Source: Iphione sp. A-MEVVRFRX5 (lineage: Eukaryota). From it: a stretch of 64,000 nucleotides of DNA. The number at the start of each line of letters is the position of its first letter. Position 1 is the stretch's first letter. A program made the translations under genes and the position numbers. The stretch lies in contig OZ320316.1 of assembly GCA_976226885.1 (NCBI GenBank), positions 71,610,001 through 71,674,000 of the forward strand, read 5' to 3'. The notes beneath the pieces are model-generated. The model ran no database searches, was not told the DNA's origin, and saw only the letters and a program-made list of their open reading frames with translations. Below are positions 42,556 to 53,400 of this stretch, one piece after another.

Positions 42556-42899
42556 CTCCATTGGGTTAAAATATTCTAGCTATTTTAATGCACAATAGCT
42601 AGACGCTACCATTTGTTCATGACCGGGACGTTATCTCACTGCCATAATACTTGTAATATCCATATGATAAGACACAATCAATCAATATGATAAGGCACAA
42701 TATGACAATATGCACAAACCTTACTTTAAATTAACCGTCTTGAAGCACCTAATACTATGAGGTCTTAAAACACCCCTACAACCCGTTTCTCTCTTTCTTC
42801 CTATCATACCCCCCTAGTCCATCATATCCAGTAATCATCCTGTTGATTCTCTGTTAAAGGGAGGGCTGTTTTTTTTCTGGTCCTCTGACAAAATGTGTG

Positions 42900-42998
42900 A
42901 GGGCTTGGTGGGGATTCGAACCTGGGTCAGCCACATGAGCAGTGTCTCCACACATTTCCTATTAAAGCCAGTGCTCTTGTCCACTGCGCCACAGAGCC
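42900..42998 (-). mobile_element. tRNA-derived SINE head or tRNA pseudogene
   Basis: The minus strand starts GGCTCTGTGGCGCAGTGG with A box TGGCGCAGTGG (plus 42981-91) and B box GGTTCGAATCC (plus 42912-22). The T and acceptor stems do not pair fully, so it is not a functional tRNA. The body probably continues toward ~42750. Confidence 0.75.
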
Positions 42999-44645
42999 TG
43001 TACATAGATTAGACCATACTTGTTTCATTCATTGAATTATTGTTAGATCTTTCTCTTTTCATTGAAATATACTTTTGCTAATTTTTCTTTCGAATATTTT
43101 CATATATCAAATGCATCTTTAGCATGACCTCTGGAAATATTTGCCACTTTCTCATAAATTAAATGCATCATAAATTAAATGCATCTATTGACTAAAGAAC
43201 CAATACTCACTCCTCTGCCACCTGTGCACCATGAATCTTAAAAGTGACAACACTCACTCAAGCTGGGGTAAGCATGTTTGCTATTGCGGGACTACTCTTA
43301 CATGTAAAACAACACTGTGTCGTCACCAGTTGATTGCCCATGGGCATTTGGATGATTCATATACATCTTTAATTGTTAAAAAGAATGCTCAGCCAAAATG
43401 GTATTTGAAGGACTCTAAAATCGTGCCCGCCAATGTGAAATTTAGTTTAATCCTGGCCCCATCTGATTACAGGGACCCTTACCACACCCAAGGCAGATGG
43501 TAAGCCACAAGCAAAGATGTTAGGCATGCAGACAGATCCAAACACTATGAAATCCAAGCCTGCCATAAAACCCCCCAGTAGACCTAACCCAAGGCAAAAA
43601 TGCCCAGCAATAGCACCTGCTAATTCACTTCATGGGCGAACAAAAGGCAGATGTGGAAGAGGACACCAGCAAATGCACACCGACCTTGGCCCTCAGTCAA
43701 GATCTCACCAAACAAGAATTGAAGATGGAGCAGGAAACGCTTGCTCAAGATCTACTGCTGAGTAGTGACTCTAACAGTGGGGATGAGTGTCCTCATTCCA
43801 GCGTAGTACATTTCAAGAGCAATGGCACTAATTAAGTGACTAGCACATAGATGACGAGTGATTGCATGGCTGTTGGAGACTCATGTACATCATCTGGTCC
43901 CCGATTAAAGGACACGATATCCACCCTTACCCACTCCAAGCCCTATAAAGAAGTGTGATCCCAGCTTAGGCAAGAGGATTGTGACCAGCAAGTCGCAAGA
44001 GGGCCCAGAGTACATAACCCTGTGAAAATGCAAGGACCCAACGGGACCCATCTACCCACAACCATCCTAAGCCAGGGTGGGAACCAGACAAGCAACAGAG
44101 GTACCATGGCATTACCCGACCAGTTACCTGCAAATAAAGTGCTCTTTGACTTATGGTTCATGATCCGGAAAATTAATCAGGACGCGGATCATTCGGTGGA
44201 ATCAGAAATTAGCAACCATGGCCTGGTCTGCCAGAGGAAGACATAAAGGACTCTTGTAACGTGATATGATTGAATCTCCATAACAACAAACGCTTTTGAT
44301 CTGTAATTAATGTTTATATGACTGTGATCTTTTACACTGTTGATAGTTTTATTGCAGCAATTTTGTATTATTAACGTTTTCTCATATACATTTTATTCTA
44401 GTAGGGTCGCTTACAGACTGGAAGATAACCAGCGATGGATAATGTTTTAATAATTAATGATTATTTTGATACTAGCCAATAACTGGGTAATACAGAGACT
44501 GATATCCAATCTTTGTTACATGTAGAAACTTGAAGCATAAGCAACTTAGACATTTGTACCTCTAGATGGACCAGATACACTGTATGGTTGTACCCTAACT
44601 GCACTCTGAGAGTACGTGGTTTTGAGGGGGAAACCTTACATATTT

Positions 44646-44683
44646 ACCTCTGAAGAAGTCGATTTTTCAAATGAAACATTTGG
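44646..44683 (+). ncRNA. Second, more decayed copy of the Penelope-type hammerhead-like motif
   Basis: cct-CTGAAGA-agtcgatttttcaaat-GAAA-CATT-tgg. It has the same 16-nt spacing as the 41011 copy and homologous flanks (ttta before; ggaatt.aag.ctact, ttgtgttg and ctacaat after). Confidence 0.45.
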
Positions 44684-46195
44684 AATTAAAGCCTACTGTA
44701 TATTTACTCAGATGTTGTGTTGGTGTGGTCCACTCACTACAATTATCAGTATAATCATTGCTATCAAGTACATATATACTGTGTCCTAGGATTGATGGTA
44801 CACATAAGGTTCAGAAAATGACACTAGGAGCCACAGGCCATGTCAAGAGGAAAACATACCCAATAGGATACTAAGGCTGATACAGCTAAAGCAGATGGCT
44901 CTATATCTTCCCATGTGGGCTTGTCATGCCCCTTAGGTGTTTTAAGCATCGTCGGAGTCAGCTTTTGAGTGCCTCAAATACAGCTGGAGTGCGTGTATAG
45001 CATTTATTCGGATGGATGTAAGAAAGGCTGCGAACGTAGATAAACACCAGCTAAGGATATCTTCTTATTGTTGCTTGTGAATCAGTTTGTGCGTTACAAA
45101 ACTGTCTGTGGCCACAGAAGACAGGGATTAGTATCAATGTGGAAAACCCATCCCTGGCGCCATACAAGTCGAATTTGATCTATAAGACGCTAGAAATTCA
45201 AATTCTGCCTGTCAAACTGAAGTCATTAAGTCCGAGGCATCGCTCAGACAAGGACAATACCTTAATGCACCAACGAAAGGAAGCTGTCAAACATCTCAGA
45301 TCGGTAGATGAATGAAGTTGCTGTAGGGCATATACATGACATTCATATTATTCAGAGTCCGTCAGGATAACCCACGGATGCAGCATCGTATGTTACAGTA
45401 TAGCGGTTGTAAACAATTGCCACTGGGGAACAATGTACCTATTAACTGCAAGACTGACGATCTCATCATATCCAAATTTGTCAGTAAAATAGTTTTATGC
45501 AAATCTTGCCCACTTTCAAATAATTAGAAAATATTTAAATGTAGAGACAGGAATATGAATCATTAGGACAATGATATTACCTATGAGCTGATCGCTGAAT
45601 TTTGACGTAACGGGTACTGCCTGCTTCAATTTTTATTGTTTGTGACGTCATAATTGGAATCAAGCAATCAGTATGGGTAAAGTGTGACATTTAAAAAAAG
45701 GAAAACATATACGTTGTAATGGTGTGGCCACCAATCTGACACTCAACCCATTGGCGAATATGCCTTGGTAGTCCATACTAACCCAAATGTCTAAACGTTT
45801 AGTAAATTGATCAAGGCAAGAAAAAGAATTACAATAAACACTGCCTATGGATATAAGACGGTGTCTAAAGAGGAGGTAAAAAGGGATTTGGCCAACAGAA
45901 GATTCATAAGAATAAAATCCTGTCATAAAAGGTAGCAGAGAAATTACTACTGAAGGGAGCTTCAATGCAAAGATCGGTGAAAAAATGATCAAATTGCCAC
46001 GTCCCAAAAGAGAGTCATATGGGAAATTTATTGAGTATCAACACAACACGATATGACAACAATTGAGTCCATGTATAATGAATCTGTAGTATGAGAAATA
46101 TGAAAAGAAAGGAGGATGTACTATCCTACAAAGTTCCGCGAATGTGTATAAGACCATTAATGCATGATTGCCACTAGGTTGTATATTCTTTCTTT

Positions 46196-46274
46196 TATAA
46201 AAAATAAAATGTTGATATTTTTAAAAAAATAAATGTTGATATTTCTTTAAAAATAAAATGTTGATATTTTTTTA
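46196..46274. repeat. Three tandem copies of a ~27-bp AT-rich unit
   Basis: aaaataaaatgttgatattt(t)taa repeated three times with small variations. Confidence 0.9.
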
Positions 46275-46899
46275 AGAAGAGAGAGTGCATCGAACAATAT
46301 TACTACGGGTACGCATCATTTATTGTCATTAAAGTTACAATGCATAATGAATCAATTCTGTCATAAAAGTTCATTACATTGTCTTTATCTCTGTGTTAAG
46401 AGAGAAACGTCTTAAACTGTATTTAAATACAACATGTGTTAAGAATTCCAGTATAATAAACGTCGCCTTTCATAGCAATCTGCAAATTGCCTAACAAAAC
46501 GCAACCAGTGCACTCTCCTCAAGTTAAACATAATCAGTTATGAGCGAGAGCCTAGGGCCACGTATCATTTAGAACGATGGGTAGCTCGTCCGTAAAACCA
46601 GCTCATCTTCATTTACCAACTGGTTTCTCATCCCCTTGTCAAAAAATATCCCCTTGTCTCCTCACTTCTTTCTTGTATTAAAGTGCTCCGAAAGAAATTT
46701 AATCCTTGGAAACCTCCATGACATACTCGTGCCCTGTGTCCATCCGCCTCTCTGTGCACTGCCACCTACAGCCATGCAAGTCTGTCCACGGCCACCTATA
46801 GTCAAGTCTTCATAATATCAGACATATTGACAAGCTACACAATCCTACCATTTCTCTGTTCTCCCCAACTTCCGTATCACCAAAATTACTGCTCCTCTC

Positions 46900-47240
46900 A
46901 TTTTTAGTTGCTATTTCTTTAGCTGTTAAGGGTCCTGTCTGTTCACTACATGTCCTGGTATATCACATTGTATATTTGGTTCATGAAACCTGCACTGGAT
47001 GTTCAGCCTTATGTTAGAAGGCTAGGTGAAACACACAGACTTGGAAGTAGGTTTCAATCCAATTGTACTTTTTTGAAAATCGTCCAGCTTACGGCACATG
47101 AGTGACTCTCTTGTGTCTGTTATCATAATAACATACAGCTTGTAGATTTTCATGAGGAGCATATAGTGTATCATGGCTTAGCTTAAAGGCCTTTTGACAT
47201 CCTGGATGCGCGTATCACCAATCCTTCATAGTCATTGTTA
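46900..47240 (-). mobile_element. Highly decayed LINE RT-like fragment
   Basis: The minus strand gives QKAFKLSHDTL...ENLQ then NRHKRV, reminiscent of RT KAFD.V.H..L..KL and NR.QRV motifs. Short and disrupted. Confidence 0.35.
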
Positions 47241-47248
47241 AGATGATG

Positions 47249-47314
47249 ATGAAGTCGGGTCCCCTCACACACATACACACACTACCGCTCCCAGTGAGCT
47301 CATCAGGACTTCAT
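47249..47314 (-). ncRNA. Degenerate type I hammerhead-like motif
   Basis: Minus strand: ATGAAGTC-CTGATGA-GCTC-actgg-GAGC-GGTA-(GT-rich)-GACTTCAT. Stem I is a perfect 8 bp and stem II a perfect 4 bp. GAAA is replaced by GGTA, and no stem III or NUH is recognisable. Confidence 0.35.
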
Positions 47315-48949
47315 GCTTGCCTACCCAGTACACTCCCCATACTGTTTACACTCTCAATCCTAACTCATGAACATAGGATGTACACCTAAGATCTGACTTA
47401 ACAAAACTTTGCACAAATTTTTGCAGCTCGTATGAGGTACACATAATCATTCTTTAAGTATGTGACTTTATTTGTGCACAATACACGTGTATATATGAAA
47501 GCAGTTGACTCTTGCTTTCTGACAATGAGTCCTTTTGTTGGTTACACAGAAATCATTACTTGGTGAATTATTCTAAATGTTTATGTATTATCAATTGCCT
47601 GGTTTTTAGATTCATTTAGTCCCTGACTAAGTGTTAGACCAGGCTAAGTCCTTAACCCCTATTTATAAGACGACCAAATTTTACCTAGTCAGGGGACTAA
47701 CTAATCCAGTAAGGTAGAGTGCATTAGTGAGTTAGTCCCCTGAATGAATTTTAACATGAGTCAGTGGAAAAACTTTACATGGCCAGACAATCGTCCATAA
47801 TGGTCCTAGAAGGTCATGTAATGGACATTTTGACTTGATGCGTTAATATGATATTTGGTCAGGGTAAATGCCAAGAAACATGTGTTTTGCATTGTTACTT
47901 TGTATACTTTGTCGACTCTCATTGTCTGCTACCTGTAATAAAACAACCAGTCTTTCGTCTTGCAAAACCTCCAGGAAGCGTCATCAAATGGGATAAATCA
48001 TATTAGTGCCACGGACCTTTGTAACAACAAAGTTTACACCACACCAGTAAGTTCTATTCTCAGCCTTCATTTCCGGAACAGCAGTACAGCATTTTAATGG
48101 TTGGAGGTAGACAAGTCCAAGGACCACCTTATATACTCAAATACTTGTTACATACTGTGCACAAACATCAATTGACTTGCTCTTAACTATTACTTATATG
48201 TCAGATGAATAATGCTTGATTGTCCTTCTCACATCTGACTGTGTCATCATGACTTGTATCCAGGGTACTTTGATAGGTTGAGACAATAAGTACACTAAGT
48301 GCTTACATTCTTCAAGTATCATGAATACATCTGGGTTAAGCTTTAAATACGTTCATTAGGCAAAAGAACCTAACAGAAGTCACATAGACACCTTTACTAG
48401 AAATATGAGTACTTGTGAAAAGTTTTATTTTGCTCCTACTAAGTCCTCGTTCAAGGCTTTGCATACTTTCATCTGTACACTTTACAATACACAGTCATTT
48501 TAACAGAATTAAGACAATTAACAATCTCACTCCTACACAATTTTATCCCAAGTGGATCAATGTCACATAACATTATTCCACTTACAACACACACTGTGTT
48601 ACACCTGTGTAACACATTGTGTTGCACCTTGCAACCAAGCTCCATATTTAACAGTTTGCCTAACCTAGTGCATATTTTTTCGCTCTTGTTTTGTTCACCA
48701 GATTCTATGCCTTGATCTACTGACTGATCTAACATCAATGATGTAAAGTATGGCAGAAATACCTTAGATTAAATCATTATTTTCATAATGAGCAAAAGTG
48801 ATTCAAATCAATTCTAATTGTGATAGGAGTGATTTATTAACATTAGATGTGTGCATACAATTGAAAATATCTGAGAAATATGAAATACGTAAAACAATAC
48901 ATATACATCACAGGAGAGTCAAAAATAGTAAAAAATAGTTTCATTTTCA

Positions 48950-50450
48950 CTTAAAAGGTCCTTGATCAATGTCTACCTGCCACTCTTGTGTTGTTTCGGT
49001 GTTTTCAGCAGCAACTCCTGAGGAACTGCACCCCTGACACATCCTGTTGCTCTTCACAAAATCTGACCAGAATGTTCACTGATTTTGAGACAACCCGGAG
49101 GGTGATTGGAGGTGGGGCAACATCCTCAGTGTCATCCTCTGTCAACTCAGGCTCAGTCACCTCAGGCTTGAGGACCAGACTCAGAATGGCCCCATCTGAG
49201 AGTTCTTCTGATGTTTCTGCCTCGGACTTGATCTCAGCATACTTCTGCGCTGTCATCTGAGGTTGGCCATCTTCACTTGGTATGGACAGGAGAAGGGTCT
49301 GCAGTTCAGCAAGACGGTGATCATCCTCATCTGAAAACTCATTTTCTGTGGGAGATGTGGTGTTGCTGGTGTTGGGAAGGATCTGTGCCTGGTTCCAACA
49401 CCTCTGGATGGTAACAGTAGTCACTGATCTCAGGTTTCATGTAACATGATGATAGCCTTCCTCATGTCAGTGCTCATGGGAGAGTCACTCTCAATACAGT
49501 CCAAGAAGTGCCTCACTAGTCTCCTTGTATATTGGGCCTTGAAGGAGGCAATGACCCCTGCATCTAAGAGCTGTATATGAGCTGTTGTGTTTGGTGGGAG
49601 GAATTTGATGGTTAAATTCGTAAATGTCTCTGAGGTTTTGTGAGGTCACGCATTGTTGCATAGAAGGAGGTAGTGTTGACCCTGGCTCTCGGCATGTTGG
49701 TTGAGCATCCCGAGGTAATCTGTCCAAACAGACGAAGTCATCTACACCTTGGTATTGTGTTGATAGTACATGTACATGCTAGGGTCGAACCCCCTGGAAA
49801 AAACATCTGGGCTTGGCTAACTTGCCTATGACAAGAGAACGAATTTTTTCACCTCCATTACATGCCAGGACAGCCATTATTGTGTCTTTGTTGCATTTCT
49901 CTCCCTTCAAGGGGCCAGTTGATTGCATGGAGGTAGGCTTAAGATGGTAGAAGTGTCCAATCTCGTCCACATTGAAAATGTCTTGAGGATAATACCCAGA
50001 CAATTCCTCCTGTAGTGACATTCTACTGTCTGCAACTTTGGTGAGGTCTGCAGGTGCCAATACTCCATGCTATCTGAGCAGGTTGATGTCATTTCTGGTT
50101 TTGAATCATCCAAGTCAACTACTGCTGTAGTTGAAGCCGACCAAGCCCAGCTGTCCCCCTATCCTTCTGGCTTTCTCATTTATCATTTCATCACTAAGAT
50201 AGCCAAATTACCACGCACATCATTAAATCATATCAACAGTGCATCTTCTAGTATGGCCTGGGCAGGTGACCGTGGATAACATAGGTTGCCCTCGTTGCTG
50301 GACAGCCATCCAATGTGTCGATCTCTTCAGAATATCTGAAACAGTCGACTGGGGTATGGAGAAACCCCATTTTGAAGAGAATTTCTGGGATAATTCTGCT
50401 GGGAACCTCCAGGGTTAGATGACTTGTACATGCATATCTCTTTCTTCTGT
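48950..50450 (-). mobile_element. pogo/Tigger-family (Tc1/mariner superfamily) transposase relic
   Basis: Minus strand, in order: HTH-like FSIPQSTVSDILK; CENP-B-type LEDALLI...INEKARRIG; DDE_1 motifs IFNVDEIGHFY, LACNGGEK..LVIGK..KPRCF, FLPPNTT..IQLLDAGVIASFKAQY; then TIQRCW and an acidic tail (ORF 49005-49424). TIRs not confidently located. Confidence 0.9.
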
Positions 50451-53400
50451 TGATTTGTTATACAAATACGATGACATTGTGGTTCCTGGAGCAATGAATG
50501 CATATCATCTGAAAAGTCTGTCTCTTATGCTCACTCATACCAAGTCCCATACACATAACTCCAGAAGGACATCTAGGCTGCAAAATGAATTTCTTTGTCC
50601 ACCCTTTGATGCTTGTATTTGACCAGACCTGGCACCTTACCCCTATCACTTTGTTCACGAGTCCCTTCCCACCAGCCCTCTTTCTGTGTTGTCTGAAAGC
50701 CTTAAGAATTTGCTAGCGATTGACCACCACTTCAAACGGACCCTATATACCCGGCCCAGTCTGGGCATGTTAATTCATGCATATCTGATAAGGCCCCCAC
50801 CCCAAGTTGCCATAGTGTCTCTGTCCAGTTAACGCTATTTTGTATACAAATTAAGTAAAAATGGCTTGAAATCGACTATGGTTGTAGATAGCAAATTCCA
50901 GGTAAATAGTAGAATTTTTAATGTAAAATTATTGGTTTCTTAGTTTGGATTTGGTTGGTGAAATTATCTGGATGTTGCAATGCAATGGTAGATGGGGTTT
51001 GACTGTATATCACAAAGATGCATCCTCATTAAGTTGCTTTTGCTAGAGATTTTCCATTCTAGTGAATATTTTCATTTTCCCAGTTTGTTCACCTGGATTT
51101 CCCTCTTTATCGATTACCATTACTAAAACCATCTATTGGACGCTACTTCCACTACCAAAACAACAATTTTCGGAAGGACATAAACACAAAGTCTCGTTTC
51201 AACAGTAAATGTTTTAAAATGGCATATTTTCACCCTGTTACTTTATTGACCTGGGTTTGTCTCTTCATTTGATACCTTTGCCAATATCACCTCCTTAAAT
51301 TTCCATTATCCTATGAAAACCTCAATTTGTTCTTATATACATGTATAGAGAAGCGTGTACGTATACATACAGAGGGACATCCTCGTTTTTAAATTGGGGT
51401 GATGTTCTCGGGGAGTCGTGTCTCAGGAATAAAGGAAGCGAAGATTAAAATTCATATACGAGCAATGCATGTACGTATATGTTTTATCAATTGCACTAAT
51501 TTGTATCAGAAAAGATCATTTCCTTTGCAGAATGCCTCTTGGACGTATGCCAAACATGTGCAGATGGAGTTGTGCTACGGCGTTACCAAGTCGGTACATT
51601 TTGGGTCAAATTGGGTAATTCGGTCAGATATGGAGTCCGTTCCAGCGTTTAAAGTCTTGGAGAAAATGTTCAATTATCTTCATCGCAAAACTCCTAATTA
51701 CATCTTTTTTTAACTTTGACAACATTTATTTCTCCATTTGGTTGCTTTCCGTTCGCAACACGCAGATAAAATAACTTAAGGAGAATACATTGTACCCCTA
51801 TTGAATGTGCATTATACTATATCCGATTTCTAGCCATGGGTTCATTGTTTAGAGGTTTAGATCATTGAGTTGGAGATATGCTCATAAAAGAGTAAGTTTA
51901 CACTCAGTTAGCCCCTGTTACAAAATTCTTTGTTGCCATCGAAGGTATGACTTTGTGTTTTATATGACGAGTATCTCTCACATTAACCTGAACGATTAAG
52001 CTCCTAAGCTTACACCAAAATAGCCGAATTATAGGAACGTTTCTAAGCCAAAGTATTCTTTCCAGTGAAAAGGATAGTGACGCCGAAAACATTAACCGGA
52101 ATTCGGCAAATTCCCAGAATGCAATCATTGGGTTGAAAATTAACGGTTAATCGATGAGACCTTGAGAGTTTAATTTCGACTTACAAGTCCCCTGATGATG
52201 ACTCGCAGCCATGTGGTCAGTTGTATGGACACACGCTGGAACCAATCAATAATTTAACTTGCTAGTCTCCACTAGGCCTTTACACAGACACCATCTGTTG
52301 TTTCGAAATGTTTGGTTGATAAATATGGTGGCTAATCCATTTGAAATTCAGTATAATTTGTATAAGAACTCCTCAGCACTTAGACAATACCACATACCAT
52401 GACGCATTGATCATCCAATTCTAGACTTATACTTCATTAATTCTAGAGAGGCTAATAAACATTTGGAATGAAAACAGAACTAGAAATGTTTTTTTTACTG
52501 AACCGACTCACTGGTGCGTCGCGAAGGGTCAAATCTGCAAAAGTACGTTCCCCTCTGAGAATTGCCTCAAAATGTGATCAATGTACCGGGAAATGTTTGA
52601 TCTAACGGCGGCGGATCACCATTTTCTAATAATCTATTCTTTTAAACAATTTTGATGATTATCATATTAATACAGTTTATTCGAGTTTAATGAAGTTTAG
52701 TAGCTGCTGTGCATGCTTCTATGAAATGTCATATTAAAAAGTCGTTCATAACAGCGACTAGTATAGAACAACAATTTATATCAGGACCTCCTTTGGAATT
52801 CACCAAGTTCACCACAAGGCCTAACAATAGCCAGTGGAGATAGATAAAATCTCTTTAACGAAGAAGCTATTACCAGACAGCTGCCAATTTGCAAGTTGCA
52901 TACCCAAAGGACTGGCGATTTTATCTCACGCGTGAGCCGCTCATCATTGAATGCTCATTACATTTTACTATAATTGTATTTTTTACTGATAGTGCCTAAC
53001 TGATTGCCCATGTCAAAGATATGGAGAGCAACAATATCCGAAGGTAATAAATAATTAGTACGACGTGACCAATGCAAAATTTACCATAACGGTAGATGTT
53101 ATATTTAGAACGAAACGGCCCATGCCACAGTTGAACCTTTCGCATGACCATGAATTTTAGCATTGAAAGCATTTTATTGATCACTAATCTACTTTTGATC
53201 CGACAAAATGTTTCGAGACCTTGATTTTTACACGTAGAACTAAACGATAATATTCTCCCACGTGCTGGTTCTTTACCACTGGGATCTAAACAAAAGATTC
53301 GCTTGGCATATTTTTACTAAACGTTGATTAGATGAATGACATTGTATAGACTACCGTGTGAATTTTCCCGTCAAGTTGAGATTACGTGTCTTTTCAGTCG

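Noticed and set aside
50985-51007. TA-CAGTCAAACCCC (minus strand) as a possible Tigger TIR
   Set aside because: No matching inverted copy was found at the other end of the transposase relic.
52186-52228. gtccc-CTGATGA-TGAC...GTCA-gttgtat-GGAC hammerhead-like arrangement
   Set aside because: GAAA and the cleavage triplet are absent, and the stems are only 4 bp, so chance is plausible.
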